From assembly GCF_009914755.1 (NCBI RefSeq), contig NC_060930.1: a stretch of DNA of 64,000 nucleotides, one strand, 5' to 3'. This DNA is from the human T2T-CHM13v2.0 reference genome, Homo sapiens. The translations under genes were made by a program, and so were the position numbers. How positions within the stretch are numbered: the stretch's first letter is position 1; every line of letters starts with the position of its first letter. Positions 13,068 to 24,865 of this stretch are shown here, piece after piece. A model generated the notes under the pieces. The model had not been told where the DNA came from. It saw nothing but the letters and a program-made list of their open reading frames with translations, and ran no database searches.

Positions 13068-15487
13068 GTAAGTGGGATTTGTACTGTGCAGAATCCTAAG
13101 TGCTTGACTATTTTGTGCGGTTGTCTTCTAGGGGTAGTTTTGCTCTTTTTTTAATGGGAAGGATAGCAGACTAATCAGCTATGGTTTTTAATGTGTGTTT
13201 CTTAAAGGGACTGGTAGGTGTGTAGTTACAAATTAACTGTAAAAGTACTGCAACTCAGTAGATGGGCTGTGTTAAAAATACAAAATACTGAAAACTCATT
13301 TCTGATTCTCCTCTGTTGGTATTCTCCCAGCTCATTTTTATCCCACTACATTAGAGTCAGAGTTTAGTTTTGAGTTTCTTTAAATCACTGCATTCGATTT
13401 GATATACTGTACAAGCCAGACTTTATTTTTCTTATCTGAAACTGGCATATTTTCAGAGCAATGCTCAACAGTAACAAATAGGTAAAGCTGGTTCTAAAAT
13501 GACACATATTAGACACTTGCAGATATTTTCATGTGTCCCCTGCTTTGTTCTTCCTGGATTCAAGTGTGCCTGTGAGACCACTCTAAACAAGTGATGCCGC
13601 TTTGCTTCTAGCAGAAGCCCCATTGAACCTGCCTAAATGAATGTTGAATTCCACAGCGGCTTGTGCCTAGAAAAGACAACTTAAAGTGGTGACATTTGCA
13701 CTGAATTTTGTTCTTCACTGGCTTATGTATATTCACTTACATTTTAGCTTTGTTAAATGGAATACTGGCATTTTAATTAGTATGCTGAATAGAGTTTGCC
13801 TTACCCTAGTTGCCCCGAAATAGGGAATTTTTACTTCCTTTTCAATATAATGTTTCCAGTCATACTTGCTAAATTTGCAACCACATTTGTGTCATATCAG
13901 TGCTTGATTCTAATTTAAATAGGTCCATGGAATTTCATATCTGGTTCAGATACTGAAAGATATACGTCTGGTTTATATTTCCTGCTGCTTGTTCTTCAGG
14001 AAACTAGCCAGGGACTGTTAAAAAAAAAATACATATGCTATACCTGTTCACTTGGGAAATAAGACAGTTTTTACAGTAACTCTTTGGGGAATGCTTTGGA
14101 ATAAATGCTGAAGTCTCCAAACATTGGAAACTGTGGAGCATTTGATTGTTAACAAGGAGCCAATAAGCTGCGCTCTAAATTTTACTTGTGAAAGGATACT
14201 GTAAAGTGTGTGACAGTCCTGCTCTTACAACTTGAGATGACCTTACAACAAAGTCATTCACTTTCTAACAAAGACCATTGGCATTCATTTGGCAGCCCAA
14301 GACTCTTCAGATTATTTGTCAGAATGATTTATTTGTAGTTCCTGAAGATTTGGGTTGGTTGATCTTTTTCTTGGGGAATGCTCCTCTCTGAAAAACCTTG
14401 GCATGGGCCGATGCAGGGATAGTGAATTCTTTCCCCACCCTCTTCACTTTCTGTTCCACTGCTCAGGGTTTTCCCCTGGAGTGCCTGCTCTCCTGCTCTG
14501 TTTCTCTTCTTCCCCTGTCTGTAAGCATCTTTTGGCTCCATCTGAAGACGTCAAGTTTCAACTCCAGAAGGAATTTGTTCTTTTCTGTCTTCCTTATCAG
14601 GGACTGTTGAAGAACAGTCTTCTGTTTTACATACAGTGCTTCCTAATATTGATGGACAGGAAGTAATATGTACTGCTTTTGGGGCTTACTGTTTCAAATT
14701 CCAAACTTTAAGAAAAAAATGAAGATAGAACTCTATATCTGAAATGAAGCCCGAGTCTGGAGGTGCAAATTATGGTTAGAAGAAATGCATTTGCACCCCT
14801 GCCCCCATTCACTCCTGATGGCCCCCTGGGTCCTCTCCATTTTCTGCCCATCATTCTTTCATCTGTCTGATTTTGTGGTTACTTCACTGGTTTTCTCTTC
14901 CTAATCTGCTTCATACTCCGTTCACACTCCCCATGGAAACACATATGCACATTGTAGAGCTGTTTCCTGATGCAGTGTTTAATTTCTCTGGTACAGGATG
15001 GTCTAAAGATAGGCTTCTGTGCCAGGCATCACTGTCCTTCTGGTAATAAGTGCCTAACAGTACTTATAAAGGGGACATTTAAAAAGTGGCAGAGAATTTA
15101 TTGCTCAGCGTGCCTCAAGGAACATATAAATTAGCACAAACTGTGGGTATCTAGTCTGTAAGTTGTGCTGATAATGTGAAAGAATCCATAATAGACATTT
15201 GGGAGGGTCCAGCTTTTTTCTGATCTTGCTGCTCGATTGTACCGTAACCTCCTGGGTCTTATTTATCTTTGTGTCATCTCCTAATAGCCTTGTTAGCCTA
15301 CTCTGAGCAATGTACTCCTTGAGCATCTACTAAAAGCAGAGCACAAAAATGTGAATACTCACTTCTTCTAATTCTGTAACAGGCGGTGGCCCTAGAATGT
15401 TCCTCCTTGAAGGTAGCCCAAATTATGGAGAATTTGATGAGTTTTTGGTGAAAGTTTAAATTTGTGGGTGTTATTCTCAAAACACAG

Positions 15488-15556
15488 GTGAGTTGGAAAG
15501 CTCGTCCTCTGCAGTCCTACAGAGATACAGCAAGGATATACCCAGTTGGTCAAGTG
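15488..15556 (+). CDS. AKAP7: AKAP7 beta-specific cassette exon (69 nt, [22 protein letters not shown])
   Basis: cacag|GTGAGTTGGAAAGC...TCAAGTG|gtaaga. Symmetric phase 1/1, adds 23 aa to give the 104-aa AKAP18beta. Confidence 0.92.
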
Positions 15557-15779
15557 GTAAGAGTCAAGTGACCCCTCCCCTCTCCTGCTGCTATTTTATC
15601 CTGCTTTTGCCGTTTGGTGGTGGTGGTAGATAGAAATAATTCTAATTTAATTGATTTATTAGTGCTACTGTTTTAGTCTATTGATAGCAAATGATGATTT
15701 TTTTAAATCAACTAGTTGTGTGGGAGCCTAAGCTGTAGAAAGTTAACTATATGCATACCCAGAAATATTCTTATGCAAT

Positions 15780-16110
15780 TTGAATTGATACATAATCGTT
15801 GTACATATTTATGGGGCATGTGATATTTTGGTACATGCATGCAATGTGTAAGGATCAAATCAGGGCAATTAGGATATCCATCACCTCAAACATTTATCAT
15901 TTCCTTGTGGCGGGAATATTTCAACTTCCAGCTATTTTGGAATGTACAATAAATGTTTTTAACTATAGTCACCTTACTGTGCTGTCAAACATTAGAACCA
16001 ATTCCTTCTATCTAACTGTGTTTGTACCTATTAACCTCTCATCATCTTTCTCCCCTACAACTTCCCAGCCTCTGGTAACCATCATTCCACTCTATCTCCA
16101 TGAGATCTAC

Positions 16111-16145
<35 letters not shown>

Positions 16146-16460
16146 TAAGCTCCAACATAGGAATGAGAACATACAATATTTGTCTTTATGTGCCTGGCTT
16201 ATTTCACTTCCTGTAATGACCTACATTTCCATCCATGTTGCTGAAAATGACAGGATTTTATTCTTTTTTATGGCTGAATCGTATTCCATAGTATATATAT
16301 ACCACATTTTCATTATCCATTCATCTATTGATGGAAAGTTAGGTTGATTCCGTATTTGGCTCTTGTGAATAATGCTGCAGTAAACATCGGGGTGCAGGTA
16401 TTCCTTTGATACACTGATCTCCTTTTCTGTGGATAGATACCCAGTAGTGGGATTGCTAGA
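15780..16460 (-). mobile_element. L1MA-type 3' end fragment containing a (TTTA)n tract
   Basis: L1 3'UTR and ORF2 C-terminal remnant (…MWYIYTMEYDSAIKKNKILSFSATWMEM in ORF 16221..16487). Confidence 0.88.
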
Positions 16461-19159
16461 AATTTTGCCAGTGGGCTGAATAGTCAAATACAGCAGAGCT
16501 TGTCATGGTTTATTTATTAATTAGTGCAGCACAAAACACTTTTTTGTTTAAATCTTGGAAATTAAACATTTTTCCAAACTGTATTTTTCACCACAGTAAG
16601 TAGAATACACTGCCAATAAATTCATGTTTCTTGGAAGATTAGGCTCTTTCTCTTGCTCTACGGGAACATTGTTAACATTAAAAATTACTGGAAATATTAT
16701 AGGTTTAACAAATACTATAGGTATTTTCCAATGTAGTTTTTGCTGACTACTTATATAGAACTTGATTTATTTGAATTACCTAATTTCTCATATTGAGCTG
16801 CCTGAAAGGAATGTCTATCATGAACAGAAATGTCATTGCAGATAACCCACAGTGGTCAATATTGCAGAGGCATATGGACCACTCTGGGTTATCTATCTTA
16901 TTAAGCAAACCTCACAAGAAAACTTAATAACTATGTAGATACCTCTGTAACTAATTAGAAAACATTTTATTTTCTCTTTTGCTGTTGCTGATTTTCCCAT
17001 TTTGAAGTACACTGCTTTTATGTAGAATTAAATGGATGAATGGTAAAGATGAACTGACCTACCTCATGAGTTAGTCTCTTGTCACTGAAAGTATTCAAGG
17101 ACAGGATGGGGACATCATAAGGACATCACCTTCTAGGGATGTTGTAAGGGGAGAATGGACTTGCTAATGAATGAATGCACTGACAACTCAGTTTCTTTCT
17201 AGTCCTGATATTCTGTGATGGCTGAAAATAAAATATTAGAATAAGTATGTGTTTTAACAAGACACATTTTAATTTTATACATGAAATATGTGTTAGTATA
17301 GTCTTTTTGTGTGGGATGAATTACTGGGACCATTTATAGTACTCATTTTATAAATATGAGTCAAATGTTGAGATAATTTCTGATATTACATTAATCCATA
17401 AATTGAGGTATGCAGTGTGGATTTAATGTCTGGTGAATACATATATATAACCGTAATTACCATAAAGGTGATCAAATTTTACACAAGGACATCTATATTT
17501 AGATTTTCCAATTACCTAGAAGTCATCCTAGAAATCCTATAGCCTTATACTTTGCTCTTCTCATTTGCACCTAAGATATGCTGACTTCATGGTTACCTTT
17601 CACATGTCTGCTCTATCTTATCACATGGATTTCAAACACCTCGTATTCAGGGTAGGTGTCGTACATCTCTCTTAGTGGCACCAGACCCTAACATAGCGTG
17701 TTACCCAGAGGAGGCATGTTCTAAATGTTTGTCGATGAAGGGAATGATACACATTTCTTGTGAGTGTGAGAGAGCTTCAGTGTCAATCAGCCTATCAGAT
17801 GATAGAATATGGAATAACTGGTTAATGTTGGAACCCATGAAGAGCTTTGGTTACTGAACGTACCAGAGAAACATTTTAACAGGCTCACACTTAGACTTTA
17901 CATTCTGGGCCCCAGGGAATGAGGATAGGGAACCTCCCATCAAAGGACAGTGACACTTTATTTTTCTTCCTTGCCAGTAAAAATGTGTTTGCCCACAGGG
18001 GACACAGCATAACTCCAGTTCTGCCACTGCCTGTTAAAAACATATGGCCCATTGCTTGGCATGCAGTTCTTACTGTAGACAGAGCACAGGCCTGGGAGGA
18101 CAGAGAGCTGGATGGGAAACCCAGCTCTGCTATTACATCCTGTCTGTCTGAGCAAGCTGCTAACATCTCAGGGCTTCAGTTCCTCAGATTTAAGAAGTGG
18201 GGGTTGAACTACTCTTGTTTAATTCATATTTTCTCATTTGCCCCTTAGAGCTAAGAGTCTAGGGAATAAAAGAATGAGTGATATAGATGTGATGCAATTC
18301 TTTCTCTTCCTCCTCCTCCAAATCTTCCTCTTTGACTTCCCCTCTTTTTCTCCTCCTCTTAATTTATTTAATGTTTACTGTGTGCCAAGTACTATGCTAG
18401 GATTATGTTCAAGACTGCTTATTAAATGCAACTGTTAGAAAATAGATGCTCCCTGTCTCATTTAAGAGTGCAAGTTGCTGAAAGCCAGAAGTGTGGGGGA
18501 TTTCTCAGTTACAGTCTCCCGGGGTGCCATGGGGCTGAGAGCTGGTAGAAGGCTGGGATCCTAGGCAGCTCAGCATCTGCTGCCCTCTTTCTGAAGCAGT
18601 GAAGCCAGAGGTATTGTGTGTAACCTGAGACTACATTTTGCGTAAGATTTCTGTGGGTAATATTGTGGTAGCAGCAGGAATGGTGTGCAAGGTAAAACAA
18701 ACATTTAACCATAGTCACTAAAGGTTAGATTTTCCCTTTATTAAATAATTTGTAATTAGGAGGCTTATGTTTCTAAAATCAAGTAAAGGAACATTAGAGC
18801 AAATGCTAGTACTTACTATTCTTATCTTACCTTCCTGATTCCATCTATTAATTCATAGGCTATGTGGTAACTGGATTCCTTCTTGTTATTCTGACATTTT
18901 TAGAGTTTGCAGGATTCTACCATCAAATGTTGAATAATTTCCATGAGGAATAGCAAGGTTGTAGAATTATTCCCAGCCCCCAGTAGAGCCATTGACTGCC
19001 ATGAGCTGTATCCAAAAGCCCTGTCCTTCAGCAGTGTGATGTGGTCTGTCCTGTGTCATCTTCCTGGGGGGCCATGAAAGAAGCAGCAGGACTCTGATAT
19101 ACCGAAAGCTTTTGGCTAATAAAAGAAAGTTTCATATCTGAATTACTCCTTCCTGGGAC

Positions 19160-19290
19160 ATTATTATTATTATTATTATTATTATTAAAGAGATGGCCCA
19201 AGCAGGTCTCAAACTCCTGGCCTCAAGTGATCCTCCCACCTCGGCCTCCCAGAGTATTGGGATTATAGATGTGAGCCACTGCACCCAGCC
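19160..19290 (-). mobile_element. Alu monomer (FLAM/AluJ left arm) with (TTA)n tail
   Basis: ctcctggcctcaagtgatcctcccacctcggcctccc...gagccactgcacccagcc. Confidence 0.85.
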
Positions 19291-19685
19291 ATGGATTTGC
19301 ATTTTAATAAGACCAAATTATCCCAAGTGCTCTTGGGAAATATTTATAGTAAAATAATGAAATAAAAAATAAAAGATAAGCAGTGATGATGACAGCCCAA
19401 CTCAAAAGAGTTTCAAAATTCTCAATGTCTATATGGTAGAAAAATGGAGGCTCTAGAGACAAAATGGCTCAGTTTGCACTTTTGGTTCTGACATTTACCG
19501 TTTAACTTCTCTAAGATTTTTTTCTGTGCATTTGTCTTAAACAGTATCTACCTATTGAGAAAATTAAATAAGCTAATGCCTATAAAATTCCTGACACTGT
19601 GCTTGGCATATAATAGACTCAGTAAATATAAATTTCTTTGCAGCAAATAGTGTGTTAATTGCATAGCCGCAGTAAGAAGTCAGCT

Positions 19686-19840
19686 TGAGCTTGGGCAACA
19701 TGGCAAAAATTAACTGGGTGTGATAATGTGTACCTGTAGTCCCAACTACTCGGGAGGCTGAAGTGCCATGATTGCACCACTGTACTCCAGCCTGGGTGAC
19801 AAAGTGAGGCCTTGTCTCAAAAAAAAAAAAAAAAAAAAAA
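19686..19840 (+). mobile_element. Internally deleted Alu with A-tail
   Basis: cctgtagtcccaactactcgggaggctga...ccagcctgggtgacaaagtgag...A22. The sequence aagtcagcttg occurs on both flanks (TSD-like). Confidence 0.85.
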
Positions 19841-19929
19841 GTCAGCTTGGCAGAACTATGCTTTTATTTCTACCTTATGCAGTAGAGATAAAAAGGCACT
19901 TGGAATGTCAGACCTTGAATTTTTGAGTA

Positions 19930-20345
19930 GACTTGCAGCATTGATCTGCACAGCCTAATTTCCTATGGGGAATGGGGAACTCTTTCCCCCACTTCTTGGG
20001 GTCTTGTCCATCATGAGGCCTTACTTCCTGCCCCAGGAGAGACATGTGGTCCTAGCAAAGTCAACCATGATCTTCCTTGAGATTTGATAGAGAGCCTGTC
20101 TTCCTTTTGGGTTGTGAGCAGAAAGGCTGTCATCCTAAGATCACAGTACTTGGTACTGTAGAGCAAGTACCATCAGGAAGAGTCGTTCTGAGAATGGAGC
20201 CAGCACAGAGGAAAGTAAGCCTAGGGAAGGAGAGAGTCCTGATGAGTGTCTGAGCCTCTGAGTTCAGCCATGCCCAAGACCTTCTGCACTACATGAAGCA
20301 GTAAATCCTCCCTTTTTTCTTTGTTTACACTTGCTTGATTTAGGG
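19930..20345 (+). mobile_element. MaLR LTR (MLT1-type), degenerate
   Basis: gagaatggagccagcacagaggaaag...gagcctctgagttcagccatgccc...catgaagcagtaaatcctcc. Confidence 0.55.
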
Positions 20346-22247
20346 GACACTCAGTGTGTATATAAGTAGAAATAAAACCATAGTTATGCCAAGCTGACTT
20401 CTAAGGTGACTGTGGTTACACAATTAATACACTTTTTTTGTTGCAGGGAAATTATATTTTCTGAGTTTATTAGATGCCATGTCCCAGTGTGTATTCCGAA
20501 ACAAATATTACCAAACCTAGTGAAGAAGTGAGAGTTCTCTGACTTACTATTCATGTTCCATTTTAGTTGCAATGAAATGTAGCCTTAAGTCAGAGCTGCT
20601 GTTAAGGAATAGCAGGTTCACTTCAATTAATGTTGTTGAGCCCATGATTCAGAAAACTCTGAGCCAGGTGTTCTGAAAGGTATGATGATGAGTAACACAT
20701 GCTTCCTACTAATGGATTCTTTCTTTAAAAAGTTACATGGCCTTGTAAAAAGAAATCTGTGAGACCTCAAAGTTTATTATGCCTTGAACGTAAAAAGCCA
20801 AGATAAAGGATATTGATTGATGCTTTCAGTCTAACAAGCAAAGCCATGCCTCTTACATGCCCAGGGAGTTCCATAGCTAAGTCACTGAGAGTGAGTTAAT
20901 TACTACCCAAATTGGAAATTACCTTAAGCTTCTATCCCAGGCAGGATTTACAACTTGACATGAACAAACAGTTCCTACAGCAAACATCTTAGCAAATAAA
21001 ATCTTCTGTGACTAACATTCATAATGTGAGTTACAAGTTAACAGACCTTGAAACTATTAAAATAAATCTTTCAGTTGCATGGTAAAGTTCTTTGCCCTTA
21101 GCAAATAGTCATAGACAAAAGCGGAACTGTATGATGAAAATATAAAGAATAAGTATAGCTTTAACTTAAATTATATGGTAACTAGAACATAAATGTTGTT
21201 AATTTTATTAAAGGTTAAATCAGAGATATTTGAGGCTTATAATTTTCTGCACTTATTTATATACTTTCCCCCAAAACTTATGAATTTAGTCAAGAACATT
21301 AATAAACCTATTATGTATCTATGTAGTGCCAGGGAGAAAGTGATATACAAACAAGATGCTTGGTGTGGATTGACAGAGGATCTCATATTCCCAAGGGAGT
21401 CAGAGCTCACCTAGTTACCTAGTTTGTAGTGCTGATGGGAGAGGGAAGAAGGAATCAGGTGGAAAGGGTGATTCACTCTAAACGACCTGGCTCAGAGCCC
21501 CTCCCCGGCTTCTCTCCTGACTTCGAGGTCAGATAGTAGTTGTTGGCATTTGCCATGTGAATTACATCAGGCTTCAGTTTGATGTCTCATATCTGACTGT
21601 TTAAGCAAAAATATAATTCACACTTTCTAAGCATTTTAAATGTTCAGCTAAAGTTAGCTGTGAAATGCAGCCTTTTCAGGATTTGATTGATAGCTGATAA
21701 ACTGGCAAGCAGATGACTTGTTAATCTCAGACTTTCTATCTAGGGCTATTGTAGTCAGACTTTGTTTAGAGTACTGGCCAGCTGGAGTGTGACCTGAGGG
21801 AGGCCAGGATGGTGACGAGCCTGGAAACCACATCACAAGAGGAAAGCTGAAGGACTCAGGCAGCTTAGCTGGGAGGAGAGAAGGTAGAAGAATTAGTGGT
21901 CTTAGAACATTTAGAGGGCTCTTTAATGTGGAAGCAAAAGAAGAGTTGTTTTGTATGGCTCTAGGGGAACAGAATTAGGACAGTGAGTGTTAGTTTAACA
22001 CATTTTCTTTTGGTGGTCTTAGAAGCCAGTGGTAAAGATACATTAAACCCAGTAGTATTCTAATTATGTTTGCAGTAAATCTTGTTTTAAACAATGAAAA
22101 TACTGAAATGGGATCATAAAATAGAGAAGTTCTCATAGTCAAATTTTGTATTAGTAATTCATAATAAATTGCCTGAGAGAAGATTTTTTAAGGCAGAATT
22201 TTCAAACTATTTTAAGTCACCGAACAATTTAAATGGAAGAGCAAAAT

Positions 22248-23283
22248 TTTTTTAAATTTTATTTTAAGTTCTGGGATACCTGTGCAGAGTGTGCAGGTTT
22301 GTTAGGTAAATGTGTGCCATGGTGGTTTGCTCCACCCATCAACCCATCACCCAGGTATTAAGCCTTGCATGCATTAGCTATTTATCCGGATACTCTCTTG
22401 CCCCTCATCCACCCAACAGGCCCCAGTGTGTGCTGTTCCCCTCCCTGTGTACATGTGCTCTCATTGTTCAGCCCCTACTTGTAAGTGAGAACATGTGGTG
22501 TTTGTTTTTTTTTTCTGTTCCTGTGTTAGTTTGCTGAGGATAGTGGCTTCCATATCCATCCATGTCCCTGCAAAGGACATGATCTTGTTCCTTTTTAAGG
22601 CTGCATAGTATTCCATGGTGTATATGTACCACATTTTCTTTATCTAGTCTATCATTGATGGGCATTTGGGTTGATTCCATGTCTTTGCTATTGTGAATAG
22701 TGCTGCAATAAACATACGTGTGCGTGTATCTTTATAATAGAATGATTTATATTTTTTTGGGCATATACCCAGTAATGGGATTGCTGGGTCAAATGGTATT
22801 TCTGGTTCTGGGTCTTTGAGGAATCTCCACACTGTCTTCCACAGTGGTTGAACTAATTTACATTCCCACCAACAGTGTAAAAGTGTTCCTGTTTCTCCAG
22901 CCTCGCCAGCATCTGTTATTTCTTGACATTTTAATAATCGCCATTCTAACTGGTATTAGATGGTATCTTATTGTGGTTTTGATTTGCGTTTCTCTAATGA
23001 TCAGTGATGCTGAGCTGTTTTTCATATATTTGTTGGCTGCACAGATGTCTTCTTTTGAGAAGTGTCTGTTCATGTCTTTTGCCCACTTTTTAATGGGGTG
23101 GTTTGTTTTTTTCTTGTAAATTTGTTTAAGTTCTTTGTAGATTCTGGATATTAGCCCTTGGTCAGATGGATAGATTGCAAAATTTCCTCCCATTCTTTAG
23201 GTTGTCTGTTCACTATGATAATAGTTTCTTTTGCTGTGCAGAAGCTTTTTAGTTTAATTAGATTCCACTTGTTAATTTTTGCT
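22248..23283 (-). mobile_element. L1 3' end (old L1PA/L1PB type), about 1 kb, 5'-truncated
   Basis: ORF2 C-terminal remnants (…[17 protein letters not shown]…; …EIPFDPAIPLLGI…) and an L1 3'UTR. Confidence 0.93.
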
Positions 23284-23365
23284 TAGAACACCAAAATTTT
23301 CATGAAAAAATGTCTACCTTTTTATTTTCCTTAATTTATAGTCACTATTAAATGAATATTTTAAT

Positions 23366-23676
23366 GGCCCGGCACAGTGGCTCATGACTGTAATCCCAGC
23401 ACTTTGGGAGGCCGAGGTGGGTGGATCACCTGAGGTTGGGAGTTTGAGACCAGCCTGACCAACATGGAGAAACCCCTTCTCTACTAAAAATACAAAGTTA
23501 GCTGGGCGTAGTGGCACATGCCTGTAATCGCAGCTACTCAGCAGGCTGAGGCAGGAGAATCGCTTGAACCCAGGAGGTGGAGGTTGCAGTGAGCTGAGAT
23601 TGCACCATTGCGCAACAAGAGCGAATGCAGCCTGGGCAACAAGAGCAAAACTCTGTCTCCAAAAAAAAAAAAAAAA
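23366..23676 (+). mobile_element. Alu (AluSp/Sq-like) with TSD gaatattttaa
   Basis: ggcccggcacagtggctcatg...A-tail, flanked on both sides by gaatattttaa. Confidence 0.95.
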
Positions 23677-24257
23677 GAATATTTTAAATTAATGGCTTTA
23701 AGACCAACAAATATGCTTTAAGATAGAAGTATAACATACAAGTTTGGGCTCAAATACATTGTTGTAACACTTACATACCACATAAAATACCAATTATTGA
23801 ACTAATGGTAACAGCTGGCAGTTGGTACCAATGAATCCTAGAGATAATAAACTAAGGTGTAATGTCTATTGTATTATTGTCTTTATAAATAAAATTTTTA
23901 TGAAACTATTTTGTCCACATTTAGGTTTAAATTAATTTTCTCTAAAATTAGTTTGGTAAATTTAACATAAAAATTCATTGAGATGCTATTATATACCCAG
24001 TACTGTACTTAACCTACTGAACCTCCAATGTAAAATCAGATTTACAGATTTTACAGAGCCTAAAAATATGTAGTAAAACTGTTAAATTTGAATATTGAAA
24101 GACATAAATTGTTTTATGGAGAATCAAGTTCATGAAATACGCATTTTTTTCTAAAAAACTTCAAGCTCATAGCTGTTCCTTTGTACCCTTTGCCTCTGTC
24201 GTTCATGTCTTAGTCCGCTGTAAATAAAACATTGTGGGGGGGAAATGAAGAAGTAGT

Positions 24258-24865
24258 TTGTATCATTTAGAATCTAACCAAGAAAATAGAAACTACACCA
24301 GTTGCTTTAACAGAGAGAATTTAACGTAGGGAATTAGTTAAGTAAGTTTTGGAGGAATAAAGGGTGGAAAGGCAATACTGAGGGAAAAGATAGTAACTTT
24401 TAGGCTGGGTTACTTGTGGGAAGGACCCCCACATAGCCGAGACTCAGACCTTTGAGGAGAGGTTACTGTCTCCAAGGAGGTGTCCCAGTAACACAGAATA
24501 GGGACCGTCAAAGCTGGGCTTCTGGCTTTTGAGGAGGGGACATTGGCCAACTTTGCTATTGTCTCTAAGGGAATGCAGTGAGGCTGATACCAGGAGGGAA
24601 AAGATGAAAACTAGAGCCATCTGCTATTGGAACCAGTTGTTGGGGCAACACTGATGAGAGTAATGAACAAATAGCAAAGGGCAAGATCCTGTTCCCTTTG
24701 CGCAGCTGTCCAGTTTCTCTCTGCCTCCCCCTCTTGGCAGAACTTTTAGCAGATCCAGCGGGCAAAGGAGAAATAAGTGAGTTGAGTCCCAGCTCTGTTA
24801 TCATAAACCTGAGTAAGGAAGGGTGGGCTTGGAGCTGAGGGGCAGTGGTTTAATAACTGGCACAT
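24258..24865. mobile_element. Old LTR-like element (ERVL/MaLR class)
   Basis: Purine-rich block with LTR-like ends (tgtatc...aaccaagaaaatagaaac; ...taataactggcaca). Family not resolved. Confidence 0.4.

Noticed and set aside
15799-16347. 182-aa hydrophobic ORF
   Set aside because: Antisense L1 3' end plus a (TTTA)n tract; compositional artefact.
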